DNA of 64,000 bases from a virus. Taxonomy: Duplodnaviria > Caudoviricetes. The notes under the pieces were generated by a model, which saw only the letters and a program-made list of their open reading frames with translations, was not told where the DNA came from and made no database searches. Location of the stretch: positions 2,151 through 66,150 of IMG/VR virus record IMGVR_UViG_2648501128_000003; one strand, written 5' to 3'. The position numbers and the translations under genes were made by a program. Positions 1 to 9,483 of this stretch are shown in pieces (position 1 is the first letter of the stretch; every line of letters begins with the position of its first letter).

Positions 1-167
1 CAGCATCATAACGAAATACACGGTAGAGTTTCAGAAAAACCAAAATGGAACGATGAAAAATGGTAATACTTCCTTGGTCAAAAAAATTGATTTTTTTCAA
101 ATTCTATTTAGACCGCAGGGGCCTCGAAATTCCAGATTTATAAGCTTTTTTCATGTAAGGGGGGATA

Positions 168-410
168 TGATGGCGGTAAATGTCAAAAAACTTCAAGAAC
201 AGCTGCTAAGTCGGATTGATACAGATGATTTGGTGGAAGTGGAGAAAGTTACAAGATTCATTAGTTTAGTGAAATAAAATGTGCAGCTAGACAAAAAATA
301 TTTGTCGAGATGAAGCAACGGTGATTAAAGAAAACGGATCAGAGAAGGTTCAATTAAAAATATCAGCAAAATTTTATCAAAGAAAATAGCCATCTTACTC
401 GCTTGGAAAG
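168..410 (+). pseudogene. Degraded P27-family phage terminase small subunit remnant in host flank (older prophage relic)
   Basis: RBS AAGGGGG then MAVNVKKLQEQLLSRIDTDDLVEVEKVTRFISLVK*; continuation ...VIKENGSEK in another frame; end approximate. Confidence 0.5.
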
Positions 411-750
411 CCTATAATTGTCCACTCAATTTTTGATAGTATAAAAATCCGCCATTTTCACTATCTAGTACACTTTTCTAAATCTTGAAGGATAAAGGAT
501 ATTTTCTTTAATCCATTCACTCTTCTTTTTAATTCGTACTTCAAGATCTTTCTTGGTCCAATAAACGCTAGTGAGGTTCCAGTTGTTTTAATTGTTCATA
601 TTCAACTTTTTCAATGAGTGTTTTTGCATATTTATCTCCTCAAGTTAAGTAGAGAAAAAAGAGACCCATGAGGTCTCTTCGTTTTCGGCAGATTTTCGGC
701 GAACCAATTTTTAAAAATAAAATGTACTGCCATAAATCCTTTAGTATCAA

Positions 751-795
751 GCGTCCCAGATAGGAATCGAACCTACGACCTACAGCTTAGGAGGC
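751..795 (-). other. Prophage attachment site: displaced 3' half of tRNA-Arg(CCT)
   Basis: Reverse complement GC-CTCCTAA-GCTGTAGGTC-GTAGG-TTCGATT-CCTAT-CTGGGACG has anticodon loop CCT, T-arm and 3' acceptor strand but no 5' half; integrase at opposite end. Confidence 0.85.
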
Positions 796-802
796 TCTTC
801 GG

Positions 803-940
803 TATGTCATCGATATGTCAACGCATTGTCATTACGGCGATTGTCGTATATTTATGTCCGACAGTGTCAACGTATGTCCAACGGTGTAAATTATTTGTTC
901 TTACATACGCAATTATTGCGAATTTTTCCCGATATGTCAA
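803..940 (+). repeat. Short TGTC(A) direct repeats beside att; likely integrase arm or Xis binding sites
   Basis: TGTC at 805, 816, 827, 842, 855, 865, 875 and 935; CGATATGTCAA exact at 811 and 930. Confidence 0.55.
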
Positions 941-943
941 GAA

Positions 944-970
944 GTCGCCTTTGCGGGCGATTTTTTTTTT
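944..970 (+). terminator. Rho-independent terminator insulating prophage left end
   Basis: GTCGCCT-TTGC-GGGCGAT followed by a long T run. Confidence 0.75.
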
Positions 971-1258
971 GCGGAAAAGTGCGCGACATTAATTTTCGCT
1001 GCGTATTATAAGTGAGGGCGGAAAAGTTTCGTGTAAAATTGCGCGATTCCTTCTCGTCATTCCTATTATATTGTGAAGGCGAAAAAAGTTTTGCGAATTA
1101 ATGCTCGAAATTAGTGCGCCTTGTATTAGATATAATAAGCGGTGAAAAAATTTGCGAAAAAGTGCGCGAAGGTAATTTCGATTGGCGTCCTAATAAATAT
1201 AAGCGAAATTATTTTCGCGAAAGGGTGAGCGAATATCTTATGTGAAGGCGGAGAAAAT
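968..1258 (+). repeat. Tandem array of ~5 degenerate ~61-bp promoter-like units
   Basis: TG(C/A)(G/T)CGA at 980, 1040, 1102, 1163, 1226; TATTA(T/G)A/TAATAA and GTGA(A/G)GGCG/TAAGCG plus A-tract between units. Confidence 0.75.
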
Positions 1259-1381
1259 GACCCACTCGATCAACTTCGAACGATTATTAAAGTATGAGGC
1301 GTTTTTATTTACCGAGTAATCTACACCAACGCATATATAACTTACGCAATTAAATCTAAATTTAGTAAGGAGGAAAAGCGA

Positions 1382-2167
1382 ATGAATCAGATTACGAAAG
1401 TTTTTGAAAGTAGCGAGGTGCGAATCGTAGAAATCAAAGGAAATCCGTGGTTTGTTGCGAAAGATGTTTCTAATATATTGGGATTTCGTGATCCTTACGC
1501 AGCAACTAGAGGCTTAGATGAGGATGATAAACTGCTACACACTTTATGTGTAGGAGGTCAAAACCGTGAAACTACTATTATAAACGAATCCGGACTGTAT
1601 AGTTTAGTTTTAAAGAGTAACAAGCCCGAAGCAAAAGTATTCAAGCGTTGGGTTACGAACGAAGTCCTCCCGTCCATCAGAAAAACAGGCGGATATGTTG
1701 CGAATGACGAGTTATTCATTCAAACGTACTTGCCGTTCGCGGACGACTCAACAAAGCTGATGTTTAGCGCCACACTCGAAACTGTGCGTAAACAAAACGA
1801 AGTTATAGCAGTTATGCGTCCGAAAGCCGAGCAGCACGATAGGTTCATATCCGGCGAGAATTACCAAACGCTCGAACAAGCAGGTAAATCAGTTGGATTA
1901 GGGCGTAACAAATTATCCGCGTTACTGAAAGCAATCGAAGTATTTACGCAAAAAGGAGCATCACCAGTTCCGTATCAACAGTATATTAATAGCGGATATT
2001 TCGTGGTCAAACAGACGCCCTCGAACTACGGTGATTTTAACAACGTACAGACTTACGTTACTGCTAAAGGCGTTTCGTATATTGATAGCTTATTAGATAA
2101 ATACGGAGGCACTCGTAAACTAAACGCGATGAAACTTTCAGAAATCCGTAGAATCCAACGTAAGTAA
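1382..2167 (+). CDS. Phage antirepressor (Bro-N + KilAC/ANT domain)
   Basis: VRIVEIKGNPWFVAKDV, INESGLYSLVLKS, FKRWVTNEVLPSIRKTGGY; C-terminal PYQQYINSGYF..TYVTAKG; RBS AAGGAGG. Confidence 0.92.
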   Translation: MNQITKVFESSEVRIVEIKGNPWFVAKDVSNILGFRDPYAATRGLDEDDKLLHTLCVGGQNRETTIINESGLYSLVLKSNKPEAKVFKRWVTNEVLPSIRKTGGYVANDELFIQTYLPFADDSTKLMFSATLETVRKQNEVIAVMRPKAEQHDRFISGENYQTLEQAGKSVGLGRNKLSALLKAIEVFTQKGASPVPYQQYINSGYFVVKQTPSNYGDFNNVQTYVTAKGVSYIDSLLDKYGGTRKLNAMKLSEIRRIQRK

Positions 2168-2186
2168 AAGGAGGTCACGCGCAACT

Positions 2187-2651
2187 ATGACGCAATCTAA
2201 CGCATATATCCGCACAGGCAACACACGCACCGGCTTCTCGCTAATGTTCCACGAACTATTCGACTTGTACCATCCGTACATTGGCGATAAGGCAACGCTG
2301 TACTATCTGTACTTGTTGCGCTACCGGAACAACGACGTCACAAGTTTCGACCAAGGCAAGGCGTGGAACGGGCGCAGCAAGGTGACGGAAAAGTTTCAGC
2401 TTTCGTTTTCGACGCTGCCCATTCTCGACGAAATTCTCGAAGCGAGCGGACTGGTAACAATCGAACGCAAGCCGAGCGGTCGCGGCAAGGACAAGATTTA
2501 TTACATCGTTCACGACCCGTTAGAGCGCGCGCAATTTCGCGAACATGAGACGCAGATAGCGGAGGAATTACGACAGGTCGTCGTTAGGCAGGGCGGCTCG
2601 ATCGGCAAGTTACTCGGCAAGGAGAAAGGCGTTAATCTATCGGTGTGTTGA
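2187..2651 (+). CDS. Winged-helix replication initiator-like protein (DnaD-N/HTH_36-like)
   Basis: LYYLYLLRY..LEASGLVTIERK..YIVHDP pattern; followed by repeats and an AT-rich tract. Confidence 0.6.
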   Translation: MTQSNAYIRTGNTRTGFSLMFHELFDLYHPYIGDKATLYYLYLLRYRNNDVTSFDQGKAWNGRSKVTEKFQLSFSTLPILDEILEASGLVTIERKPSGRGKDKIYYIVHDPLERAQFREHETQIAEELRQVVVRQGGSIGKLLGKEKGVNLSVC

Positions 2652-2655
2652 TATG

Positions 2656-2740
2656 CTCTACGTTGGCGGAGATTTAACTCTACGCTAGCGTTAATGAAAA
2701 AGAATTATTTAAAAAGAATCTTTTAAAAAGAATAAATACA
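2656..2740. repeat. Candidate replication origin: two 13-mers 22 bp apart plus three AAAAAGAAT at 14-bp period
   Basis: CTCTACGTTGGCG (2656) and CTCTACGCTAGCG (2678); AAAAAGAAT at 2697, 2711, 2725. Confidence 0.5.
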
Positions 2741-2816
2741 TTGCGCCAATAGAAAAAGCACCTATTGTCGCTACGATATTAAATTTAAAAGATAACGCGA
2801 AAAAGGATGGTGCGAT

Positions 2817-3098
2817 ATGTATAAATTAATGAACGCTGTTGTGCAAAATAAGCTACACCCTAATACATTTGAAATACCCACTAAATCTGATATCGCGAAG
2901 ATAAAAATAGACACTTATGTAAAACTATGTTTTGAAGAAGTAGGAAAGCAGTCTGAAAGAATGTGGGTGTTAGTAACATTTGCAGATGGGGAAAATTTTA
3001 ACGGCGTTTTGCACAATCAGCCAGTAGGGCTACGCAGTGTAAAACATGGTGACGTTGTGAAGTTTAAACATTACAACATACTTTCGGCACCTTATTAG
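2817..3098 (+). CDS. DUF2314-like hypothetical protein
   Basis: YVKLCF..ERMWV..GVLHNQP motif; RBS AAAGGA. Confidence 0.55.
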   Translation: MYKLMNAVVQNKLHPNTFEIPTKSDIAKIKIDTYVKLCFEEVGKQSERMWVLVTFADGENFNGVLHNQPVGLRSVKHGDVVKFKHYNILSAPY

Positions 3099-3115
3099 AA
3101 AGGGGAATCGTTAAT

Positions 3116-3472
3116 ATGACGAAAAAGGTAACGCTACCTCGCGAAGTCGCGGAGGCAATCGAAATGTATTTAGGGGAGTTCGGTAAAAAGACGTTGCTAT
3201 ACACGTTCTGTAATCCGAAAACATTTGGCTGGACGCCGAAATACAGCGCATTCCATAAGTTAGATTTAGACACGTTAATGTCCGCACTTGTCAACGGCTA
3301 CGAAATCGAAAAGTCGCCCGAAGAAAAGGTGCGAGAATATTTGAACGAGACGGAGCGGTGTCGCGTGAATGCAGATACGTCTTCGCACTACCAGTTTTTT
3401 AGAGGTCGAACAGAGGGCGTCATAGTAACGCTTAACCTACTTGGCATCCAAATCGAAGGCATAAATGCGTAA
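3116..3472 (+). CDS. DUF1642-like phage protein
   Basis: KKVTLPREVAEAIE..LMSALVNGYEIE. Confidence 0.65.
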   Translation: MTKKVTLPREVAEAIEMYLGEFGKKTLLYTFCNPKTFGWTPKYSAFHKLDLDTLMSALVNGYEIEKSPEEKVREYLNETERCRVNADTSSHYQFFRGRTEGVIVTLNLLGIQIEGINA

Positions 3473-3544
3473 GCTCAACGCATGATTTTTCCGGCAAATT
3501 AGACGCTTTAAGCACGAACTAATACGAAAGGTAGGAGAAGTTAA

Positions 3545-3850
3545 ATGTCGCTAAATATCACGGTAAATTCCACGTATAAACTAACGTCAGACCCGATGCA
3601 AGTCATTGTTAATCGCAAGCACATCGTAGACCCAACGAAGTCACCGAATTGGGAACGCATGAAAGCGGAGGGCAAGTCCGGCGAGCCTCGTATAGAATGG
3701 CGCGAGGTTGCGTATTGCCGAACGGTCGAGCAAGCGTTGAATTGGATTGCGGAACAGACACAGCGCGATAGCAATGCGGAGTCGATAGCGGAATTGCTAG
3801 GCGAAATACAAGCGATTCGGCGCGAAATTAACGCGATAACAGCGAAGTAA
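3545..3850 (+). CDS. DUF5405-like phage protein
   Basis: YKLTSDPMQVIV..WREVAYCRTVEQAL; RBS AGGAG. Confidence 0.6.
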   Translation: MSLNITVNSTYKLTSDPMQVIVNRKHIVDPTKSPNWERMKAEGKSGEPRIEWREVAYCRTVEQALNWIAEQTQRDSNAESIAELLGEIQAIRREINAITAK

Positions 3851-3922
3851 TAGAAATACCCTCGGCGGAGGTAAAACGCCGGAAATCAAGCGAAAACTAA
3901 GCGAAGCTGGGAGGCGGAACAG

Positions 3923-4270
3923 ATGAACGTAAGAGTGCCTTTAGAAGTAATCGAAGAAGGGCTGACTGACGAGTATGTTCAAATAGAGACTTCGGCACAG
4001 AAAGCACACTCCGAAAAGTACGATGCGGAGTCGAAGTACAATCGGATAATTGGCGATATTCATGTGGCAATAACTACGCAAGACAATCGTCGAAGGGAGT
4101 GCGTAGACACGTATTACCTTGGTGATAGCGTATGGACTCGTACGTTAGTCATCGAAGAATTGGTACGGGAACTTACTGAGGCCGCGGGTAATGTAGTTGA
4201 AGCGCGAAAAACGTACGAAATCGCGTCAGCAGAACGTGAAAAATTCAGCATACGGATGGGGTGGTCGTAA
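3923..4270 (+). CDS. Hypothetical phage protein
   Basis: RBS GGAGG; TAATG coupling to next gene. Confidence 0.7.
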   Translation: MNVRVPLEVIEEGLTDEYVQIETSAQKAHSEKYDAESKYNRIIGDIHVAITTQDNRRRECVDTYYLGDSVWTRTLVIEELVRELTEAAGNVVEARKTYEIASAEREKFSIRMGWS

Positions 4271-4677
4271 TGAAACGATTAACAAACGAACAACTAAACG
4301 CAATACGCGAACGAGCGAAAAGGTCGACGCCGGGTCCGTGGTTATGGGAGAAGCTTACCGACGTAGAGGACGAATGGGATACGGAAATGCCCATGTTAGT
4401 GACCACGGAGGGTTCAGCCATAATGGATTTTGGCGATTGCGAAACGTATTATCCTACGGAGGGAACGCCCCCAAACCCTAACGACGCAGAATTTATTTCA
4501 TCAGCTCGCGAAGATGTGCCAATGTTATTAGCGGAGATTGAGCGGTTAGAGAGACAACTTTCGCAAGCGAACGGTCTACTTTCGGAGGCGCACGACTTGC
4601 TCGACGACGTTCACTGTTACGAAACGGAAACGTACGAAGCGATCAGTCGGTATTTCAACGGAGGTGATGGCGAATGA
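4270..4677 (+). CDS. Ead/Ea22-like phage protein
   Basis: LNAIRERAKRSTPGPW..DAEFISSAREDVPMLLAEIERL; ATG 4270 coupled to upstream stop. Confidence 0.7.
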   Translation: MKRLTNEQLNAIRERAKRSTPGPWLWEKLTDVEDEWDTEMPMLVTTEGSAIMDFGDCETYYPTEGTPPNPNDAEFISSAREDVPMLLAEIERLERQLSQANGLLSEAHDLLDDVHCYETETYEAISRYFNGGDGE

Positions 4678-4943
4678 TTAACGTAGAAAAGCTTCGAGCC
4701 AAATGGCGGACAATCGACGAGGACACTAAGCGCGCGATGAGAACTGGCGAAGAATTTTACCGGTGGACAGTGACGCCCGATATGCCTAACGATGTGTATG
4801 CGTTGATTGCGGAGATTGAATATATGAACGGAGTTGTTGGCGCGCTTAAATCATCGCTCGAATTGATCTACGATCGGGTAGAAGGGCAAGCGGCTGAACT
4901 AGCGAGGGAGGCGATAGAATATGCCGAAGAAAGTCGCAGCTAA
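4674..4943 (+). CDS. Hypothetical phage protein
   Basis: RBS GGAGGTG, ATGA overlap. Confidence 0.7.
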   Translation: MINVEKLRAKWRTIDEDTKRAMRTGEEFYRWTVTPDMPNDVYALIAEIEYMNGVVGALKSSLELIYDRVEGQAAELAREAIEYAEESRS

Positions 4944-5298
4944 GGACTGGCGCAATCGCGAGCAAGCCGACTGGACTATCGCCACATTTCAGCAGTATCT
5001 CAAGGATGCGCACGAGGAACGCTATGGCATCGCCTACACAACGCGATCATACGGCTTAGAAGGGCGCTGGCTCAAAACGCTAATCGCCGAGCATGGCGCC
5101 GAGGTTGTGCGAAAGTTTATCGATGCATGTTTCGCGGAGTATCGCCCAACGCCGCAATACCCCGGCTTAAATTTCGCGTTCATGTTTACGTATCAGCGCG
5201 GGCGAGTGTTGCCGAGAGTGTTAGCGGAACAGGCGCGAAAGACAAAAGCGCAGGCAACAGCGGCGCCAATTACGGAAGAAGAAATCGGATGGTTGTAG
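4921..5298 (+). CDS. Hypothetical phage protein, possibly replication-associated
   Basis: RBS GGGAGG; operonic. Confidence 0.65.
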   Translation: MPKKVAAKDWRNREQADWTIATFQQYLKDAHEERYGIAYTTRSYGLEGRWLKTLIAEHGAEVVRKFIDACFAEYRPTPQYPGLNFAFMFTYQRGRVLPRVLAEQARKTKAQATAAPITEEEIGWL

Positions 5299-5330
5299 GC
5301 GAAAATTATAAACGGGGAGGAATCGGAATT

Positions 5331-6251
5331 ATGACGAAATTTAAAACGGTAAAACGCAAAGCAAACGTAGGGGAGCGTATTTTGATTACTAAGGTTTCGC
5401 CAAGTGAGAGTGGTCGATACAAAACCGGAGATATCGGCGTCGTCCAAAGTTCCGCCAGTAACGTGATTGCAATAATAAACGGGAAACCGGACGTATTAAT
5501 ATTTGACTACGAATATGAAGTTATAGTCGAAAACAAAACGGAGGCGAGCGAAGTGTACACAATCGAAGCACGTTACGAAAAGGCAGTCGAGCAAGCGCGG
5601 GAGGCAATCGAGGAGCTAAGACTCGCGTCATTAGCGAAAGGATACGAGGATGCTAGACGAGATTTGACAGCGGTCACTCCAGTCGGACACCTAGCCGTCC
5701 GCACTCCGCAGGAAATTCGCGACGTGCTTACGCGTGAGCGCATTATTGAACAGGCAAAGCGCGACGTGGCGAAACTGGAAGGCTTAATGATTTCCCCGAA
5801 AGTAGGAGACGAAGGTAATAATGCTTTTCGTAATTGGCGGACAGTGGTCAATTTCGTTGTAAACCGTGAGAAAAGGACGGTCGTCGCTTTAGTTTACTCT
5901 CGTGATCTTCAAGTGTTACTAGAACGCGGAATCGCCAAATGCGCCCCGACCGACTGCTTTAACGCCCATATCGGACGCGCAATCAGCCTTCGCCGAGCGC
6001 TGGGCCTCGAAGTGCCGAGCGAATATCTCAACGTGCCACAGCCGACGGAAGTGCGAGTAGGCGACGTTATCGAGCGTACAGGGTTATTTGAATGTAGTCG
6101 AGGGTTGCGGACTATCACCAAGATCGAAACTCGCAAAAATGGCGATAAGTTTTATAGAACGGCAGAGGGTCCCGGCGGTACTGACGAGGAGAATGTCGTA
6201 AGAATCATCGACGACACACGCGAAAATGAACCGAAGGCGGTGACGAAATAA
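5331..6251 (+). CDS. Modular phage protein (KRKANVGERI beta-module plus RGIAKCAPTDCFN..IG domain); in-frame internal GTG start at 5553
   Basis: RBS GGGGAGG before ATG 5331; second RBS GGAGG before GTG 5553. Confidence 0.75.
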   Translation: MTKFKTVKRKANVGERILITKVSPSESGRYKTGDIGVVQSSASNVIAIINGKPDVLIFDYEYEVIVENKTEASEVYTIEARYEKAVEQAREAIEELRLASLAKGYEDARRDLTAVTPVGHLAVRTPQEIRDVLTRERIIEQAKRDVAKLEGLMISPKVGDEGNNAFRNWRTVVNFVVNREKRTVVALVYSRDLQVLLERGIAKCAPTDCFNAHIGRAISLRRALGLEVPSEYLNVPQPTEVRVGDVIERTGLFECSRGLRTITKIETRKNGDKFYRTAEGPGGTDEENVVRIIDDTRENEPKAVTK

Positions 6252-6565
6252 TGGGAATCGATTATTATTCTTGCGAAATATGTAACGAAGCATTTCCTGA
6301 TGTTGTTCACTACGGACATTGCGGAAATTGCGAATCGACGCTTTGCGGTAGTTGTTTCGATGAAATGCGCGAGAAGAACGGAGAGCTTGGCGAAGGGCAT
6401 CATCGGGCTAGTTGGTATGGAGAGGAAGCGCCGAACTGTTGCGACTTATGTGACGGAACAAAGCTTGATCTAGGCGAATTCGTAACCTTCCTAGTAGAGA
6501 AAATCGGCAAACCACGCGAGGAATTCGAGGCGGAATTTAAGGAACGGATGGTAATAGTCGAATGA
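6251..6565 (+). CDS. Cys-rich zinc-finger protein
   Basis: Four CxxC-type pairs; TAATG coupling. Confidence 0.75.
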   Translation: MGIDYYSCEICNEAFPDVVHYGHCGNCESTLCGSCFDEMREKNGELGEGHHRASWYGEEAPNCCDLCDGTKLDLGEFVTFLVEKIGKPREEFEAEFKERMVIVE

Positions 6566-6741
6566 ACCTAGTAGAAGCAATCCGCGCATTAACCACCGGA
6601 GACACCGCAATTGTAAGCGTGATAGGCAGACGTTATACAATTGCGGAGCTTGCTCCGAAGATGATTGGCGAAAATGCTTGCGTTTATAACAACGTGGGTA
6701 TGACGGAAGCTGAACGGAAAGGGGAGTGGCGAGTTGTATAA
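6562..6741 (+). CDS. Small hypothetical protein (59 aa, below ORF-track cutoff)
   Basis: ATGA overlap; MNLVEAIRALTTGD..KGEWRVV. Confidence 0.6.
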   Translation: MNLVEAIRALTTGDTAIVSVIGRRYTIAELAPKMIGENACVYNNVGMTEAERKGEWRVV

Positions 6742-6895
6742 TCCGTTAGAAATTTATACGAATAAATGCGATTTAGATTGGACGCAAGGCACGCTACGAG
6801 TTATTCAAGACGACGGGATAACCGTCATATTACTCGAAAAAGAGAACGGCAGTTTTCTCGTATTGAACGTGATTGATAAATACCGAAAGGAGTGA
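6734..6895 (+). CDS. Small hypothetical protein (53 aa)
   Basis: RBS AAAGGGGAG, TTG start, fills operon gap. Confidence 0.55.
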   Translation: MYNPLEIYTNKCDLDWTQGTLRVIQDDGITVILLEKENGSFLVLNVIDKYRKE

Positions 6896-6899
6896 CGCT

Positions 6900-7385
6900 A
6901 TGTCAATCGAAGAACTTACGCTGCACGCCGAGGATTTTTTGCGAAAACATTACGATATGGAATTGGCGATTCCTATACGTAAAAATAGTCGATTAAAACG
7001 AACGTTGGGCTGTTTTATCACCGTAAAGCAACAGGCGGAGTGTATCGAAATAGCCGGCTATTTAATGGACTACGGCGCAACCGAAGTCGTACTCGATACG
7101 CTTTATCACGAACTAATTCATTACGCGTTATTTACGCAAGGAAAGCCGTATCAAGACGGTCGCGTTGAGTTCGAAAATGAGTTGCGAAAGCATGGCGTCA
7201 GTAGTACGAACACGCCCGTTAAGGTCGGGAAATATATCGAATATTACTGTACGAAGTGTGGAAAGGAATACGAGACGGAGCGCCAACGCGTATTTAAATA
7301 TCCGCACCTTTACCGATCGCGATGCTGTAAAGCGCCTATAAACGTTGTGGACTTTCGAATTTATGACGGAACGGAGGCGGTATAA
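6900..7385 (+). CDS. SprT-like zinc metalloprotease
   Basis: RLKRTLG, HELIH (HExxH), C-terminal CTKC/RSRCC zinc ribbon; RBS AAGGAG before ATG 6900. Confidence 0.85.
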   Translation: MSIEELTLHAEDFLRKHYDMELAIPIRKNSRLKRTLGCFITVKQQAECIEIAGYLMDYGATEVVLDTLYHELIHYALFTQGKPYQDGRVEFENELRKHGVSSTNTPVKVGKYIEYYCTKCGKEYETERQRVFKYPHLYRSRCCKAPINVVDFRIYDGTEAV

Positions 7386-8185
7386 TGCACGCTAAATCTT
7401 GTATTCTCGCGAATCAGTGTAAACTCGCAAACTCCGAATCTTGCAACGCACACTGTCCGCACTTCATCGCCCTCCACGGACTGAACGCTGTAAGTGGACG
7501 CGTGGCAACGGCTGGCGTGCCGAATGACTATCGGCTTGTGAACGCAAGCAATTCGCCCGTTCGTCAGAACCAAGCGGCAGTTTATCGCGCGGTTGACAAA
7601 TATATCGCGACATTTGAGCGCCAGTTTGATACGGAAGGTGAGCGCGTGAAAAGCCTTTACCTTTTCAGCGAAAGCCCCGGAACGGGCAAGACAACGACAG
7701 CCAGCGCTTTGCTGAACGAATGGCTTATCGCACATTACATCGGTTCAAAAATACGCGGACTGCAACCGTTACAGCAGCCGGCTTACTTCCTCGATTGCAA
7801 TAATTGGCAGACGGATTATAACAACTTCAATCGACCGAAAGTTCCTGACGCAATAGCTGAACCGGCAGCCAAGCGATATTATAACGCAATGGAACGAGCA
7901 AAAACTGCGCCATTAGCGATTATTGACGATATTGGTGTTCGAGATTGCACGGATAATTTTAGGGCGGATTTGCATTCGATTATCAACCGTCGCGTTACGA
8001 ATAAGATGCCGACTATTTATACGAGCAATCTTCCGATTAAATACGTTGGCAAAGAGCCGAAAGTTGAAGCGTTCAAGCCTTACGACCTAGTTGACGTATT
8101 CAGCGAGGAAAGGCTTGCGGACAGGATTTTAGACATGTGCTTGACGCTGAGTTTCTCAGGCGAATCAAAAAGGGGGCTGAGGTAA
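7385..8185 (+). CDS. DnaC/IstB-like helicase loader ATPase
   Basis: Walker A SPGTGKT, Walker B IIDDIG, PTIYTSN, ERLADRI, GESKRG. Confidence 0.88.
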   Translation: MHAKSCILANQCKLANSESCNAHCPHFIALHGLNAVSGRVATAGVPNDYRLVNASNSPVRQNQAAVYRAVDKYIATFERQFDTEGERVKSLYLFSESPGTGKTTTASALLNEWLIAHYIGSKIRGLQPLQQPAYFLDCNNWQTDYNNFNRPKVPDAIAEPAAKRYYNAMERAKTAPLAIIDDIGVRDCTDNFRADLHSIINRRVTNKMPTIYTSNLPIKYVGKEPKVEAFKPYDLVDVFSEERLADRILDMCLTLSFSGESKRGLR

Positions 8186-8586
8186 TGGGAGTTTCATATT
8201 ATGCGTGTAAATGTTGTGGTGAAAGCCGGTACGAAGAATACGTAGGAAGCTGTACTACTTGCGGTAAAACGCTAGGCACATGTTGCGTGGTAAACGACGA
8301 TATTGGGTCTGATTACGCATACGAATATGGGGTTATATACGACGGGTCAGAAGCGCAGAAGAATGAGTACGGAATTGAGGAAGATTGGGAGGAAAAAGGA
8401 TGGGTAACGATCGGGGAAGTTATCGACGATACGTCAATCCAACCAAAGTATTGCCCATTCTGTACCGGAGAAGAAATTGCCCAAGAGGATATTCTCGCAT
8501 ATTTACTGAAACAAATCGGCAAGACACATACGGAAGTTGAAAGGGAGTACCGTGACTATATTAATAAACGGAAGGCGTCCGAATGA
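8185..8586 (+). CDS. Cys-rich zinc-finger protein, paralog of 6251-6565
   Basis: MGVSYYACKCCGE versus MGIDYYSCEICNE; similar C-terminal helix. Confidence 0.72.
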   Translation: MGVSYYACKCCGESRYEEYVGSCTTCGKTLGTCCVVNDDIGSDYAYEYGVIYDGSEAQKNEYGIEEDWEEKGWVTIGEVIDDTSIQPKYCPFCTGEEIAQEDILAYLLKQIGKTHTEVEREYRDYINKRKASE

Positions 8587-9008
8587 ACTGGCTAAAACGG
8601 CTATTCAAACGGAAGGATGACGAAGTATATTTCGCAGACGGTCCGGCATACGAGCCTGGCGACCTAGTTATCGTATATGACCCGTACGTCCTCGACGGCA
8701 TGGATGCGCACGAGGTTCGCGAGCCACGTTATGAAACCGTCAAGCAGAGCGCGTTTATTCCGAACCTCGGCGTTTTCGCGTATCAATTCGAGGGCGGTGA
8801 CGGCGCGTGGTATAACGAAGCGTGGCTGTTTCCAGCGGTGTATTTGACGGAGAGAATTAGCGTAGTGTTTCCGTATGAGCCGACGCAAGCAGAGCAAATT
8901 GACGCCTTATTGGACGAGTATCGTGATTACAAGGCGTTGGCTGATACGTTTGGCGATGCGGAATATTGCGAGAGGTTGGCGGAGTTGCGGAGGCTTGGCG
9001 AAAAATAA
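8583..9008 (+). CDS. Hypothetical phage protein
   Basis: ATGA overlap, operonic. Confidence 0.7.
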   Translation: MNWLKRLFKRKDDEVYFADGPAYEPGDLVIVYDPYVLDGMDAHEVREPRYETVKQSAFIPNLGVFAYQFEGGDGAWYNEAWLFPAVYLTERISVVFPYEPTQAEQIDALLDEYRDYKALADTFGDAEYCERLAELRRLGEK

Positions 9009-9483
9009 AGTGATGCTGCGCTTTTGAAATAAAATGTGAAGTAAAGGGGATTGTCCAAATGTGTGATTGTTGGGTGTGTAATATGTCAGAGGAAGAACAC
9101 AATAAAGGCATGATTGAGTACGAGTATCAAGAGTATCGCAAGAAAACTGATAATCCGTTAACAAAGGATGAATGGCTTCAAACGTTACCTAGTTAAGAAA
9201 ATTGACTAATGATACGAAGGGGGAAATGATTATGGTGATATATGAAATTGAATATGAGATACCACCATTAAGGGCGATTTATCGTCATGGGGTTTATGCG
9301 GTTGATGAAGAAATTGCAATAAAAAAGTTTACGGCAAACAATCCGAAGGCAAAGATACGAAAAGTAAAAGTACGACAATAGTAATGAACATTTCGAAATT
9401 ATTACGCAACAATGTCGATAAGTCTCTCTTTCTATTCCCATATCATTCCGTATACAATAACGAATATCAAAGGAGGTCGACGC

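Noticed and set aside
460-629. Minus-strand ORF in the host flank with RBS GAGGAG
   Set aside because: ATG frame stops after 13 codons; a longer frame lacks a start, so it is an unassignable remnant.
751-830. Intact tRNA gene
   Set aside because: Similarity ends in the anticodon stem; no D-arm or 5' acceptor strand.
968-1258. CRISPR array interpretation of the 61-bp repeats
   Set aside because: Repeats are too degenerate, variable parts are only 15-21 nt and there are no cas genes; the nuclease at 22927 lacks Cas4 Fe-S cysteines and sits in the recombination module.
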